Assembly: GCA_951406725.2 (NCBI GenBank)
Contig: OX597816.1
Location: 117,552,001-117,616,000, forward strand
Direction of reading: 5' to 3'
Source of the DNA: Octopus vulgaris
Taxonomy: Eukaryota
DNA: 64,000 bases
Shown: piece by piece, positions 27,700-41,450 of the stretch
Position numbering within the stretch: position 1 is the stretch's first letter
How the letters are laid out: each line of letters starts with the position of its first letter
Notes under the pieces: generated by a model
Told to the model about the DNA's origin: nothing
Seen by the model: the letters and a program-made list of their open reading frames with translations, nothing else
Database searches by the model: none
Position numbers and translations under genes: made by a program

Positions 27700-28410
27700 A
27701 GTTAATTTTGGGATAGAGTGATTTTCTCAGATGAATCCAGATTTGCATTATTTTCAGACAGTGGACATGTCTGGATATGGAGGCTTCTTAATCAAGAATT
27801 TGATTTGAAACGACTCCAACCAACTGTGAAACATGGCGGTATCTCTGTAATGATATGGGGAGCTGTCACCAGCAATGGTCGTTCTGAACTGATCGAATGT
27901 GTTGCAACCATAAACTCTGAAAAATACATCGAAATACTTAAGCAAAGACTGCTTCCGATGTATTCATACGATAACATAATGATAAATGAGATTTTATTCA
28001 TGGAAGATGGGGACTCCATGCCACACAGCGGAAAGGAATCAAGAATGGTTGACTGAAAATGGGATCAAAAAGCTTCATTAGCCGAGCCAATCTCCTGATA
28101 TGAATCCAACTGAAAATCTTTGGAGCATACTAGATAGAGCTGTGCGAAAAACTCGACAGAAATTTAAATCTAATGATGAATTGTTTCGATTGTTGTGTGA
28201 AAAGTAGGCAGAAATTCCGCAAGAGACAATCACAAAGCTCATCAGTTCAATGCCAAAAAGAGTTTCTGAATTAAAAACTGCAAAGGGAATGTCAACTAAA
28301 TACTAAAGTATGTAGTCCTACCTGTCAATTACGTTTCAATTATTCGCTTTGCGTATTAAATAATAGATTTTGAAAATTAATGGTGTCTATTTACTTCCTG
28401 CATGTCTGTG
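27700..28410 (+). mobile_element. Tc1-like (DD34E) transposase 3' half, pseudogenised
   Basis: VIFSDESRF, PTVKHGGISVMIWG, FMEDG, then (stop)PSQSPDMNPTENLW; terminus near 28410. 5' half absent. Confidence 0.85.
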
Positions 28411-28455
28411 TAGGTAAATATTACGTACACACATTTAGACACATAACCATATATG

Positions 28456-28510
<55 letters not shown>

Positions 28511-28706
28511 GCACGCACACACACACAAACACGTGTATGTATGTTTATGTAAATACGGGTGTATATGTGGGTGGATGTGTCTGTGTGTGTAATATATCTG
28601 AAATATTGCAGAGTAACGATTCCATTTTGTATAAATATATGAATGCAATTTAAACCACATTTTCATTACAATTTTCATCTTTCGGTTTTATATATATATA
28701 TATATA

Positions 28707-28778
<72 letters not shown>

Positions 28779-29187
28779 GTGTGTGTGTGTGTGTGTGTGT
28801 GTTTGTGTGTGTATGTGTGTGCGTGTGTGTGTGTATGTGTGTGTGTGCGTGTGTGGTGTAGGTATGTATAAACAGTTGATTTTATAGTTACTCAAACTGA
28901 AAGCCAACCCTTCATTTCATCTGCTATTTGTCATATTAAATTGTTTGTTTCGCTTTCATTCTCTTTCCATAAACGTAGACTAGAAATGATCATATAAGCA
29001 CACACAATCACAGTGACAATGGCACCTACGCATTAGTATCGGTAGGCACATTCATGAGGATGTACACATTCGTATAGCGATTGCAAGTCTTCGACTATTC
29101 TCTTCTGAGGTACGACAACCTTTTAGAAGACCTACAAATGTCGATAACTTGAGGGGTAACCTGTTAGAATTTTATTGATTAATGCAT

Positions 29188-29278
<91 letters not shown>

Positions 29279-29576
29279 GCTTTCTGATATGGATGTGTTG
29301 TTGTTGTTGTTGTTGTTGTTGTGTGTGTGTGTGTGTGTGCATGTGTGCGTGCATGTGTGTGTATGTGTGTATGTGTTTTTTTCCATTTTTGTTTATCACT
29401 CGTAGTTTGTACATATATCAATTCTGTTGTTTCATTTTATAGTGCTTGATGCTTGCTATACGCAGTCAGATACATATACGGATATATCTCTGTGTATATT
29501 ATAAAATCTATGTACACACATACACAGACATTTACACACGCACACACACAAACACTATTTTATTAAAGTCAAAGCA

Positions 29577-29790
29577 ATTCACAAACTGTTTGTTACTCAG
29601 ATTTTTGCATGACCGTTCGTCAGACAGTTGCGATTGCCTGACAAGCGGTCACGTGAAACTGAGTGATAGTTTGTAAATTTTTTCTCAGATTTAATAAAAT
29701 AGTATTTTACTCTGCCTTAGGTATTCAAGTACTATTTTTTCCACTTTGTTTTGCACCTATCTGCTTACTTGTCTGTCTGAGTATATATAT
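29577..29790. mobile_element. Decayed inverted pseudo-LTR pair with HHR remnants in both arms
   Basis: Imperfect arms 29577-29628 and 29633-29678. Minus arm actgtCTGACGAacg..gagTA; plus arm CTGACAAgcg gtca cgtGAAActgag. Right arm continues to a (TA)n. Confidence 0.6.
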
Positions 29791-31539
29791 ATATAACCCC
29801 ATATTTTACAACATAGCGAAGACATGACACGATGTAAGTAAAGAAATTTGAAAAGAAAATACGAAACCGGTTATTTCTCCAAAAACTATGTTACTATACA
29901 CAAAATTTTATAACACTTTTCTAACATAACGACTTAAATATATTCTTTAACCGTATAACACAAGCCTTCTGTAATTTTTTTTTATTTTATATATATATAT
30001 ATATATATATGCACACACCCCTTTTTTCTTCTAAACTTTAAGAAACGTTTTTTGTGTATTCTAGATGAATCTGGTCGGATTTACACACCATACACGACCG
30101 CAAGTCAGTTGTTGTTGCTTAGCACCGATTTATTTCTGATCGAGCAGACCAATGATGAAAGGTATTCCGGCGGTGATCATCCAGTCTTTTTAGGGGTATG
30201 TAAAACTTCATTGTTCAGTATGTCTTCCCATGTTTTTTTTTTCAAAAAGACTCTGAAGTTGAAATTTCTCGCAGGCCAAGTTACTACTCAGACATCCTTT
30301 GTTTGTCAACAAGCTTGTCGTTGAATTGGTTGTCAGCCTATCACCTGAGAAATCAGTGGTTTAGGTCTTGTCACTTGCTACATGTACATAACACTTCTCT
30401 AACACCGTCACTTAATAATCAAGGAACGTGAATCGTTTTATCATAGACTTTTTTAGCGCTGTCTACTTGGTGTTGCAGATTCGACGCTGACCTATTTGAC
30501 GTTGGACGTTTTAAAGTTTCTCTCGTTCTCCCCCAATTGTATATGTGTTCTCTCCCTGTATATGTGTGTGAGCATCTAATTGTATTTATATGTATGTGTA
30601 ATATCTCTCTCTCATTTTTTCTATTACTTTCTCTATATGTGCGTATTTTTGAGTGTGTCAGTGTGTGTTTGCCGTTCAGTCAGCTGTGACAATTCGTCGG
30701 CGTCCAAATTGCTCATTCCGATCACTGAGTGATTTTATTGGAGTCATTCTGTTATAAGCATTCGGACCATAAATTTTCTTTTTTTCCGAAGAATATCTTC
30801 GGAAAAAAAGAAAATTTGCTTTACAGATATTCAGACCAGGCATTGGTACCAGCTATATCCCTAATCTGGGAGAATTTGTAAAGGTGATATCATCAACTCT
30901 ACATCCTTAGTGTATCTCATTATATGAAACAAAAATAAAAGGTATTTTAACTTCGAATTGACAGTTATTGTCGTGTGCGCGCGCGCGCGCGTGAATGTGA
31001 GTATGAGTGTGTATGATTGTTCATGTGTGAGTGTGTGTGTGTTTCATTGGTTTAGACATTGGCAATACTGTATAAGATAGGCATGTCTCAATATGTTGCA
31101 GTTTTGAGTTTGAATCTCACCGAGAAGGATGTTATATAATGCCAACCTCAAGCTAATATAACTATAGTTATTCTATATATTTCCAAATATGTTAGCAACT
31201 AGAGACACACCAACTTAAAGTCTTGTTTATTCTTTTTGGTTATCTCGGATGAAGAAAATGTGGTTTGGGCAGTCTCCACTTAAAACACATTATCAGATGT
31301 AGCATCTAACTTTCTTGAACTACGCAGTTTCAGTAAGTAGGTTAATGAGGGCTACATAGGAGAATTTTGCATTTAACAAATCAAATCTTACTGTCTTAAA
31401 AAAGAAGAGCATATTGGCTATGTTTGATAAAAATATGGGATGATCATAGCTGGTCTGCTTTTGATGATATATTTACTAACTCAGAGCTCAGCGATTAGGT
31501 TAAAGAGGGTAGGACTGGCTTGAATATAATATATGGTCG

Positions 31540-31745
31540 TTGTGTTACTTAGCTTCAGATTAGTCTTGAGCGAGTAAATCTCTCATCAAAGATGTTCCAG
31601 TTATGGCCATCTCGTCTTTTCTTTAGGTATAGAACTATATTATCCAATATGTGCTTCTTTAAAAGAGAGTAGGATGTGATTTGAGGGAGATTTGTCGGTT
31701 ATTTCTAGCAGGTCGATTGATCATAAAGAAGCTCTCTCTCATTGG
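31540..31745 (-). repeat. Old dispersed repeat family C (~200 bp, (CAA)n-tailed); representative copy
   Basis: Recurrent motifs gatcaaag..ttccag..tgaccat / cattatccaat / gatttgagggagatttg..tatttctagcagg. Other decayed copies near 3000-3240, 4720-4910, 5095-5310, 7420-7620, 8520-8750, 30110-30300, 31340-31510, 52490-52680, 52810-52980, 56610-56840, 56930-57050, 58500-58660 and 58940-59150. Confidence 0.6.
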
Positions 31746-31807
31746 CCATCACGTATAAGTTGTGTGTATGCTTGTGTATCTATGAATGAAAGAATGAGAG
31801 AGAGAGT

Positions 31808-31882
<75 letters not shown>

Positions 31883-32811
31883 AGCGAACAAGAGAGAATA
31901 GATGGAAGCAGAAGGAAATTCCACCTTGGCGGTTTAATGCATATGATAGCGGTTGATATTATTTGAGGATCGCTCTTACATAGATACCTTAATGGGCTTT
32001 TTGTTTAGTCTAGAAGAGTAATCACTGGTATTAATTAGAGATTGAGAATTGCCATTGAATATTCACAAAGGGAACATTAACATTTGTGAACTAATGTAGC
32101 GGGTATGAATGCTTTAAATAGATCAGAGGATAACTTGACATAGTTTGTTATGAATAACTTGTCTGGTTTAAACGAGCGAGATTTCAAGGCAACTTTTGCC
32201 TGAAGTCGGGTACGTAAGACTAATAGTTACAACATGCGACATTTCTGGTTTTAGATAGAAACTACGGAAGCACGCACACACGCACGCTCGCTCACTCTCT
32301 CACTCCCTCACTCACTCACTTACTCACTCACTCACAGACACACCCACAAACGCTCACACACACGCATGCGCACACGAGCGTTAAGTACTTGGTAATAATA
32401 TTTTGCTTTGTTTTTATTCAGGGTATGTATATATGTATATATTTCAATGTGTGTATATACATTCTAAGCTTTAATTCCATGGGTGTATATAAATCTGAAT
32501 AGGCATGGGTGTGTATGTGGTTACAATGTTAAACTCATGATAGCGAGATCGGTGGTTTCGATTCCCAGACCGGTTCCCAAAACACTTCCCGATCCCCAAA
32601 ACACTTCCTTTCTTGTCACTCCAGTCTACTGAATTGTAAATGAGTAATCCTGCGACAAACTGGCGTTCAATTCAATGGGGAATGTTGGCTTGCTCCGCTT
32701 AGCCATTGGAGTGACATCATTCGAAAGCTACAATAATGCGCCTTCTTGCATTGTGACTGGTGCTGTGTAATAGCGACCGATAGTTTGGTCGACACAGTGA
32801 TACAGTGATAC

Positions 32812-32903
<92 letters not shown>

Positions 32904-32978
32904 TTGAGGGCGTTGTAATATCGAAGGTAAAAAGAGAGAAAATAGAAAGCTTGTGACAATGCGGGAAGTTTTATAAAA

Positions 32979-33016
32979 CCTTTATATTTCGGGCGCAAAA
33001 GCCCATCTTCAGAAGA
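32979..33016 (-). ncRNA. Minimal hammerhead-like motif
   Basis: tctt CTGAAGA t gggc ttttgc gccc GAAA tat A aagg. 4-bp stem II, palindromic ATAT stem III, short stem I; lies ~80 bp from a (CA)n/TA tract. Confidence 0.5.
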
Positions 33017-33480
33017 AAAAAAAAACAGCCCGGGAAATGTCCAGTTATGTACATTCCGTTAACACATTCAAATTCCCTAGCATTATGTAGCAGCAGCAGT
33101 CACACACACACATACACACACGTACACATTTATGCATATATGTATACATACATGTGACAATTTAGTTAAGTATTATGTCTACTTTATTGCCACTTTTATT
33201 AATAAATTCTTTAGCTATTCTTTTATATAACGTTTTTATGCTAGACTGTTTGAACAGTTCTAATCACATACAATACCTAATGCTCTATTTCCTTTAGCAC
33301 AAGTTTAAAGACGTTTGATTCTTACCTAAGTAATCTCTGAGATACCAAGTATTTCGAAGTCTTCGCTCATATCTACATTCAGCTTCCTTTCTTTTTATTT
33401 CATACCTTTTCTTTCCAATATTTACCTATGCTGCTTTATAACCACGTAGTGTTTACGGTTACTGACGTAAGTTGTTTTAA

Positions 33481-33662
33481 CAGCATACCTACACGACTAT
33501 GCCCCCACCCTGACTTCGCTCATAACTCTCGGAAAATAGATACTTTTTAATGAAATTTTCTACAAATGCTTTTCAGATGGTGTAGATTACGATTATGTCG
33601 GAATTTAATGAGAAAAAAAGAGAAAATAATTGTTGAGCGCACACACATACATATTAACACAC

Positions 33663-33718
<56 letters not shown>

Positions 33719-34091
33719 CACAAAATAAAAGTTGAAATTTTGGAAAACTTGTGATGTGTTTCAGTATGTATATGTGCACGCCCATAATTTTTTTTACATT
33801 AAATTCCGATATACTCGCAAAATTTTGTTGAAAGTTATTTCAACAAAATTTCATTAAAAACTAGTGTTTCTGAAAGCTATGAGGAAACAAAGTCGATGCC
33901 TATGAATTATTCGAAACTCCTCTCTTCCACTCCCCCCCCCCCCCCCCAAAAAAAAATCGCAAGTTTCAATATAATCGGAATCTACGCTATCTGAAAGATA
34001 TTTGTAGAACTTTTCACTAAAAAGTATTCATTTTTCTGAAAGTTATAAGGAAACAAAGTCGGATAGGGGCACACTGTGTAGGGATGCCGTT
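33481..34091. mobile_element. MITE with ~130-bp imperfect TIRs and TTAA flanks (Kolobok- or piggyBac-like target)
   Basis: Left cagcatacctacac...cataactctcggaaaa...ttctacaaat..ttcagatggtgtagatt mirrors right aatctacgctatctgaaa..atttgtagaa...ttttctgaaagttat...gtgtagggatgccg. Internal subrepeats and (CA)n. Confidence 0.6.
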
Positions 34092-34314
34092 TTAACATAG
34101 AAAGACTATAAAACTTTTCCTTGATTTGCTGTTTATAATTTGATTGTATAGTTTTGGTATTAATTTTTCTGTATTTTCAAAATGGAAGGTGAAAAATGCT
34201 TAAAAATTATAAAAACTTAAAAAATTTAAGTCGTGTGATTACTCTGATAATTTTTACCTGCTAGATTTTTTGTTAGGTTCCGAAATCTGATTTTGTCTGT
34301 TGTTTTTTTAATGA

Positions 34315-34411
<97 letters not shown>

Positions 34412-34514
34412 GTCTGTCTGTCTGTCTGTCTGTCTCCCTTCTATGTATTTCCCCCTTCAAATGTACGATATTTCTCTGGTGTCTTTTGTTTTATATATAT
34501 AGGTTGCCTGATCA

Positions 34515-34602
<88 letters not shown>

Positions 34603-34606
<4 letters not shown>

Positions 34607-35371
34607 TTGTCTGATCAATAAGCATCCGGACTGTTGCTATAGTAACGAAGGTAAAGTAAAACCGCTTGGCGCAGGTTGATCCTGAACTCTGCTCTGCATG
34701 CGAACTAAGTTTTAACGTACTAGTTCACTTTCGCTGTTTACAGCAGTGCTTGAAAGGAAGGTGTGCAGCGTTTGACCGTCGCATTAACCATGACAGAAAA
34801 AGTTGAGCTGAGAATCTGCATCAAATTTTGCCAAAAGCTTGGTGATACCTGCTCAGAGGCCTACGCAAAGTTTTCAAAACGTTTTCAACGTTCTAGACAC
34901 AATCATTGAAATCATGGGCAACTGAAACCCGAGTGTCTTTTTGGTCAGCTGAAAGTAGTTTTGGCACAAACTTAGCAGACACGCGTCTCATACTCAAATC
35001 TTCCGTGATAATGGACTGAACTGAACCCTAACTAGTCTTCACATCCTCTAATAACTCACGGACAGTGATTCGACGATTTCCTCTCACAGCTGCACGCACA
35101 TCTGCGATGTTTTTCTCAGTTCTACTGACTGCAGGTCTTCTAGAACGTTTGTCAATATCGACTTTTTTCGGCCATCTTGGAAACCTTTGAACCACTCGTA
35201 CACTTGTGTGCGGCCCATACACTCTTCTTCATACACTTCCTGCAACTTTGCGCAGACCTTTGAGCAGGTATCACCATGACAGAGAAAGCAATGCGAGTAT
35301 CACACGCTACACACCTTCCGTTTAGCGTCGTTACTATGGCAATAGTCTGAATACTTACTGATCAGACCCCC

Positions 35372-35373
<2 letters not shown>
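34603..35373. mobile_element. Non-autonomous mariner derivative built from two left ends
   Basis: TIRs gtctgatcaataagcatccggactgttgctatagtaacga / tcgttactatggcaatagtctgaatacttactgatcagac. Plus strand MTEKVELRICIKFCQKLGDTCSEAYAK; minus strand has the overlapping N-terminal HTH region (VYEWF...DIDKRSRRPAVSRTEKNIADVRAAVRGNRRITVREL). Confidence 0.8.
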
Positions 35374-35446
<73 letters not shown>

Positions 35447-35526
35447 TGTATGTATGTATGTATGTATGTATGTATGTATGTATTTATTTATTTATTTATT
35501 TATTTATTTATATTTATATATATATG

Positions 35527-35569
<43 letters not shown>

Positions 35570-37253
35570 GAGTGTGTGTGTGTAAATAGTAAGAGATTAC
35601 TCCAAACGTTTACTCGTTTGTTCTCAGTTAGGTATTCAAAATATGTTATTCAACAGTTGATATATAATTCCAATAATATTCTCATAAGATAAGAATTTAG
35701 AGATATATAAGAAGAATTAAAGGTAATGTTATGCCACTTCGTAATCATCCTTGTTATTATTATTGTTGATACATACATACACACACGAAAGCGCACGCGC
35801 ACACGCACACACACTCTCTCTCTTACACATATCAGTATGAGCCTCCCTGATTATTTTTGATTAGACAATGCATGAAATACATCACTGTACTATTTCTATA
35901 TGGTCTGTAAGGCCCAGCAGTTTACAAATTCTTGTACACGGCCTAAATATGTCTAAAATCACTATAGCAGTATTTGATTAATCTAAAAGTCTTGTAATTA
36001 ATTTAAGTCATGCTGCCACTTATATTTATCCCATCTTCTATTTCATAATCCAAATAAAGATTTAAAGGTTGCATGTGATGTGTGCTCAGTCCGTGAAAGA
36101 ATATTGCTCAATATCTGAGATTGTAATTTTGTTAAAAGCACTTTTCTTAGAGAAAAAAAGACAAAAAAAAAAAAAAAACCCTACTAACTTGGATGGCGTG
36201 TCTAAGCAAATTTTATTCCGCATAATAATCTGATTTCTCGTACCTTTTTGGATATCTACTTTAATAGACGTCTAATCAGTGATTCTTCTTTCTCTCCTTC
36301 AAAAGATACGGTGAGATTTATGCTTCGCTAATAGATCATACATTCGAAAAACATATTCCGAGCTGTCTGCCATATTTGCTTAAATAACAAAAAAAAAAAA
36401 AAAAAAAAAATATTAGCTATTGCCTAACATTGTTTTTTCCTCATTACATAATTATTTACATTTAACATGTTATGTTCCTTGTATTAAATAGGTTAGCAAT
36501 AACTAAACTATGTAGAGCCGAATAAATGGAAGTGATACGAGTGCAGCGTATTGTAGGTCAGAAGCAAACTTTGCCAAAGTCGGTAGTGTTAAAAATTAAA
36601 AAGTTACAAATTATATTAAAAATATAAATTGCAAATATATTTTAAAATATTATATACCTGAAGTACAATTAAGATATATATTGAAAATGCTCTACCTAAT
36701 GACATTTTAATGATTAAATTAGAAGCATATCAAATCTTACAATATATCTAAATAAATATTATAGAAATTATATTAATTGTAATAATTTAGTGAAAAATAT
36801 ATCCCTGTCAATACTAGTATAATAAAACATATTTCATGTCAAATGTGAGTTAATAGTCTAGAATAAAGATTAATTAGTAAATACAACTTGTTAGTTAGAA
36901 ACTTAGTGAATAAAAGATATAAAAAAGGAAGATTACTTGACGACATAAGATTTAATCCTGCTAGTTCAAGAACAAATGGCCATTTGCTCTTGAACTTGCA
37001 GGATTAAACCTGCATATATATTAAACATGTTTATACATATAGAAATATGTATAAAAAACCCCACACACACTCACACACACAAAATATAAATAATATATAT
37101 AAATAATTTATACATATAAATAATATATATATGTATATAAACATATATAAACATTATATATACATATAAACATTATATAGAAATAAATTTACAAACATAT
37201 ATAAACAATATATGTATATATAAACCTATATAAACATGATATATATATATATA

Positions 37254-37302
<49 letters not shown>

Positions 37303-40300
37303 ATATATAAACATCATATATATATATAAACAAATACTCATACATAAAAACAGAAGCTGAAGTTACTCTTTAGAGTAAAATCGTCATCCTTGTACACACA
37401 CATATATGTATACATATTATATATGTATATATAAACCTATATAAACATGATATATATATATATATATATAAACATATATATATATATAGACGTGAAAGGA
37501 CTCAGGGCAATATCGTTTCTTCTCAGTGTGTCTAATTTAGATAAACTTATAACACATTCGCGTGTTCATACAGACGTTCAGGATAACTAATTCACTGAAC
37601 ACGCTTTTCTCTTTTTCAAAACTGAAATAGTATCATTTTATTCGTTTATTAACATATATTTAAATAACACCTTTTTTTCCCTCTTTAACTCTCTTCTGTT
37701 ACTTTTTATACATCAAACAGTTCACATTTATTTTCTTTCTCTTCTCTTTATTCACTACAGACATTCCTATGTTCACAGCTGCTTCTTAAAATTAAGAAAG
37801 TAATAAACGAAAACATGAAACAAAAAAAAAAAACAAAAAAAACAAAACAAAAGCAAAACGCAAATAAACGAAAAACACGAAAACAAGCAAAGAACTCCTT
37901 TAGTCTATGTAATTATATTTAAAAAAAATCTAACGAATTAATTTATGCAGTCAAGTGATAAACCTCGCCCAAATTCTTTGACTATTCTGTTTTCAATCAT
38001 TTACCTTCTGAACAATTACTTTGTAAAGCAATATAAGAAATAATTTCACAATATTTGATATCTCCAACATTGAGAATGTAGCCTCAGGGTATTATTTCAA
38101 AATAGTTTGAACCAATCCCATTTATTGTACATGTCTGTATATATATATACACTCGCATACACATGTATACACACTCACACAAATGCTTCAACAGAACAAA
38201 CTATTTAAAATTTATTTCAATATTTGATACTATCAATTAATTTTTTTCTTTTGCGATTCGTTTAACCTTCCCACTGTGTGATCTGTGATCTCAGGGTAAG
38301 ACAAGTCAACGAAGTTAATTTAATGATTGTATTAAGCTCTAAGCTTTCAAACACGGGCAATACGTAATTCCTTTCTAAGTAATTAACTGCTGATAAGAGA
38401 TCTATTATATTTGTTGTACCATTATTTTTCTAAGTCGACATTTGTTTTCACAAATATCTTTCAACATGTAATGATTTCTTACATTACATTAAACATATAA
38501 TAAATACGAATAAGACAAATGAAAATAATGTCCAAAGGTCTCTTTTGAAACAGAAAAATCAAAAGAAAGTTTAAAAAGTAAAGGAAAAAAGGCATAGATA
38601 CTTTGAAAAAGCAATTAACTACATTCTTTTATTAATGTTAGGAAACTTCCTAATCTTGTTACTAAAATCACATCTCATTTGAAAAAGTTGTTTATTGAAG
38701 ACAACTGCAGTCTTGAAGATAACTATGGTCGGGTTCACCATGGTCATGAGAAAGTGAGAGAAAAACGTGTTATAGTACAAAATTTGAACAATGACGAATT
38801 AAATTTTGGCCGACTCTTGCTAAAGACAACTTTAGATTGCAGAAAATGAGGCCATTCCTTATAAATAAACATTTTCAACGAAAATGCTTTTAATTCTTAT
38901 GAAGGGTGTAGAAACAGCCACATATTTTATTGCTTAGTAATATTCTTATTTTTGAAAATATTCTTCGAAGAGTAAAACAGAAAAAAACAACTTGACTTTT
39001 GAACAGTTTTAACCTATATCAAATTTTTTGCTTTATCAGATAAACACATGAATATATCATTGATAGACTAGGGAAACCAAATTTTGCATTTGATGCTTTC
39101 AAGCTTTAAGTAGATGTAAAAAAAAAAGAATCAGTTATCAACTATCGATTCAACATATATTACCTATCATCGACTGATCATTGTGTTTTATCTGAAAATA
39201 TCACATTATAAATAATATTATAATTCTATAATAGGTGAAGTCCGACTTGCCTACTCGAAACAATTCTGTCACAAAACAGTGTATCAAGCTGCATATATTG
39301 CACTGTCACTATAAAAGATATATACAACGAAGCCAAAATATCTAAAGATCACCTAGGGGCAGAACTTTACAACCATAGTCTGGCCTAATAAGAACATATC
39401 TTACAATTACATATCTATCAAAAAATAATCTACAGTATAACCATAATACCAAGTCTTTGTTTAACTTATTTCGATGTGCTAAGATGTAAATGCTAAATTC
39501 CGAGAAATGTCACTACTCAACTTTGTTTGCCTCCAGTTTCAAAAATACCCATTGACACAAGACAAGCTTGGGAGGTAAAATAACCCGATTGTCATACTAT
39601 CGCACAAAATAAAACTTAGTTGACACATTAAGTGACACATTTCTAAACTGAAACAGGCTATAAAATACTGAATCTATGGGCTATAGGAAATCATTCCATC
39701 ATTTAATTCCTTGCAATGAATCTACTGACTCAAAACATTGGAAGATAATTCATTGATATATTTACTGCTAGTGCATTTCTTGACTTCGTTGTTATCTAAT
39801 TGGCAGATTCGTTAATTCATATAAGAAGCCATTTTGGAGCAAAAAATATATCAGTTGCTTTAAATCCACTCGATTGATTTGATTCTTTCCCTTTCGTTAC
39901 ATTTATTCTTTTTCATCTGCTATATATTCCGTACTAGATCCCCCTTCATCTCCAGAAAGCATCTCAAAAGGTCCTTATCGTTGTGTTTCAGGTACAAAAA
40001 TTTAAGGAATAGCTAAGATTAATGCGGCTTACTTGAAGTTCGAAAAGGTGTTTCTTCTTCAAGACCGTCCGTAAAAGCTTTGCTAGCTTCTTCAGTAACA
40101 GCAGATACTTTTTATAGATTTCACATGTGGTGCTAGATGGTCCTAGAGCAAATCCCACCTGATCCATTGCAACCATTAGTGTCCTTATTTAATCACGAGT
40201 AAAGCATGCTATGTTGAAAAAAGAGTGTAGCATCAGTGGTGACAATTGGAAGGGCAGTCCGCCAGTGGAAGGTTTCGTGCATATATCAGTATTAGACGCT

Positions 40301-40522
40301 TCATTCTTTGTTATAAAAAATAAGTTTTTATTCTGCAATATCATCGCCCTTCTTAATTTTATTCATTATTTGAGTCCTGTATCTCATATATATATTTCAA
40401 ATGTGACATCCACTGAGGGAACTTTGTCCTTAAGTCTTTTGATTACTATCGTGAAATAATGTTTATAATAACATAACAGGATGGTTGTTATTCACCATCA
40501 GACAAGCTTATTGCATAATGGG

Positions 40523-40583
<61 letters not shown>

Positions 40584-40833
40584 ATATATATATATGTATG
40601 TATTTGTATATATATATATATATAAAATGTGAAATAGAAAGATGAATAATCTTGTTGCAGATTAATCAAAAGTTTAACCGATACCTTGGTAGCAAAAATC
40701 ACAGCAGAAGACAGCACGGTTGGAGGTACAACCATATGGTGTTGCAACCGTGCGTTCGTGCGGATAATTGAATTTTAATATTATTAGTGAATTGAAGAAA
40801 TGGAGTTGAACGAAGATTGAACAGAAATCGTTT

Positions 40834-40926
40834 TATTTCATTCTACACGTGTTTCGAAAGGCACAATTTACCAAATTCCGATTGAATAATGAGACCATAT
40901 TGTGTCTTTCTCTTCAGGAAGAAATA
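40834..40926 (-). ncRNA. Type I hammerhead ribozyme (mirror copy)
   Basis: Reverse complement of 41241-41333. Confidence 0.85.
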
Positions 40927-41240
40927 GGAAATCCGTTGGAAAAAACAAAAACAGAACAGAGGCGGAGCAAAACAAATCGAACTAGGCTCCTAAGAGCCCA
41001 TGGCCAAACTGTTTATCAGTGTATGTTGAAAACGGGTGGTGGGTGCGTTGAAGATTTTAACGGGTCAGGCAGCGGTCATTCCGGTGGGTGACCGCTGCCT
41101 GACCCGTTAAAATCTTCAACGCACCCACCACCCGTTTTCAACATACACTGATAAACAGTTTGGCCATGGGCTCTTAGGAGCCTAGTTCGATTTGTTTTGC
41201 TCCGCCTCTGTTCTGTTTTTGTTTTTTCCAACGGATTTCC

Positions 41241-41333
41241 TATTTCTTCCTGAAGAGAAAGACACAATATGGTCTCATTATTCAATCGGAATTTGGTAAA
41301 TTGTGCCTTTCGAAACACGTGTAGAATGAAATA
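41241..41333 (+). ncRNA. Type I hammerhead ribozyme (PLE-associated)
   Basis: Stem I 5' tatttcttc, core CTGAAGA (41250-41256), stem II gaaagacacaat/attgtgcctttc, GAAA (41312-41315), palindromic stem III ACACGTGT, cleavage triplet GTA (cut after 41323), stem I 3' gaatgaaata. Confidence 0.85.
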
Positions 41334-41376
41334 AAACGATTTCTGTTCAATCTTCGTTCAACTCCATTTCTTCAAT

Positions 41377-41450
<74 letters not shown>

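Larger units (their letters stand above)
40623..41382. mobile_element. Palindromic PLE pseudo-LTR insertion (294-bp arms, 10-nt spacer, one arm extended ~160 bp) in (TA)n
   Basis: Arms 40785-41078 and 41089-41382 are reverse complements, giving identical 80-aa ORFs on both strands. Same family as 41954-43441; extension 40623-40784 matches 43283-43441 inverted. Confidence 0.9.

Noticed and set aside
37340-37400. ctgaag-ttactc ttta gagtaa hairpin; similar partial HHR-like words at 41670-41705 and 50335-50365
   Set aside because: Core residues are missing or altered, so they cannot be distinguished from chance without family consensus.
39960-40460. Complex, exon-like sequence with short ORFs on both strands
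   Set aside because: Stops in all frames, and no recognisable domain or clear splice pair.
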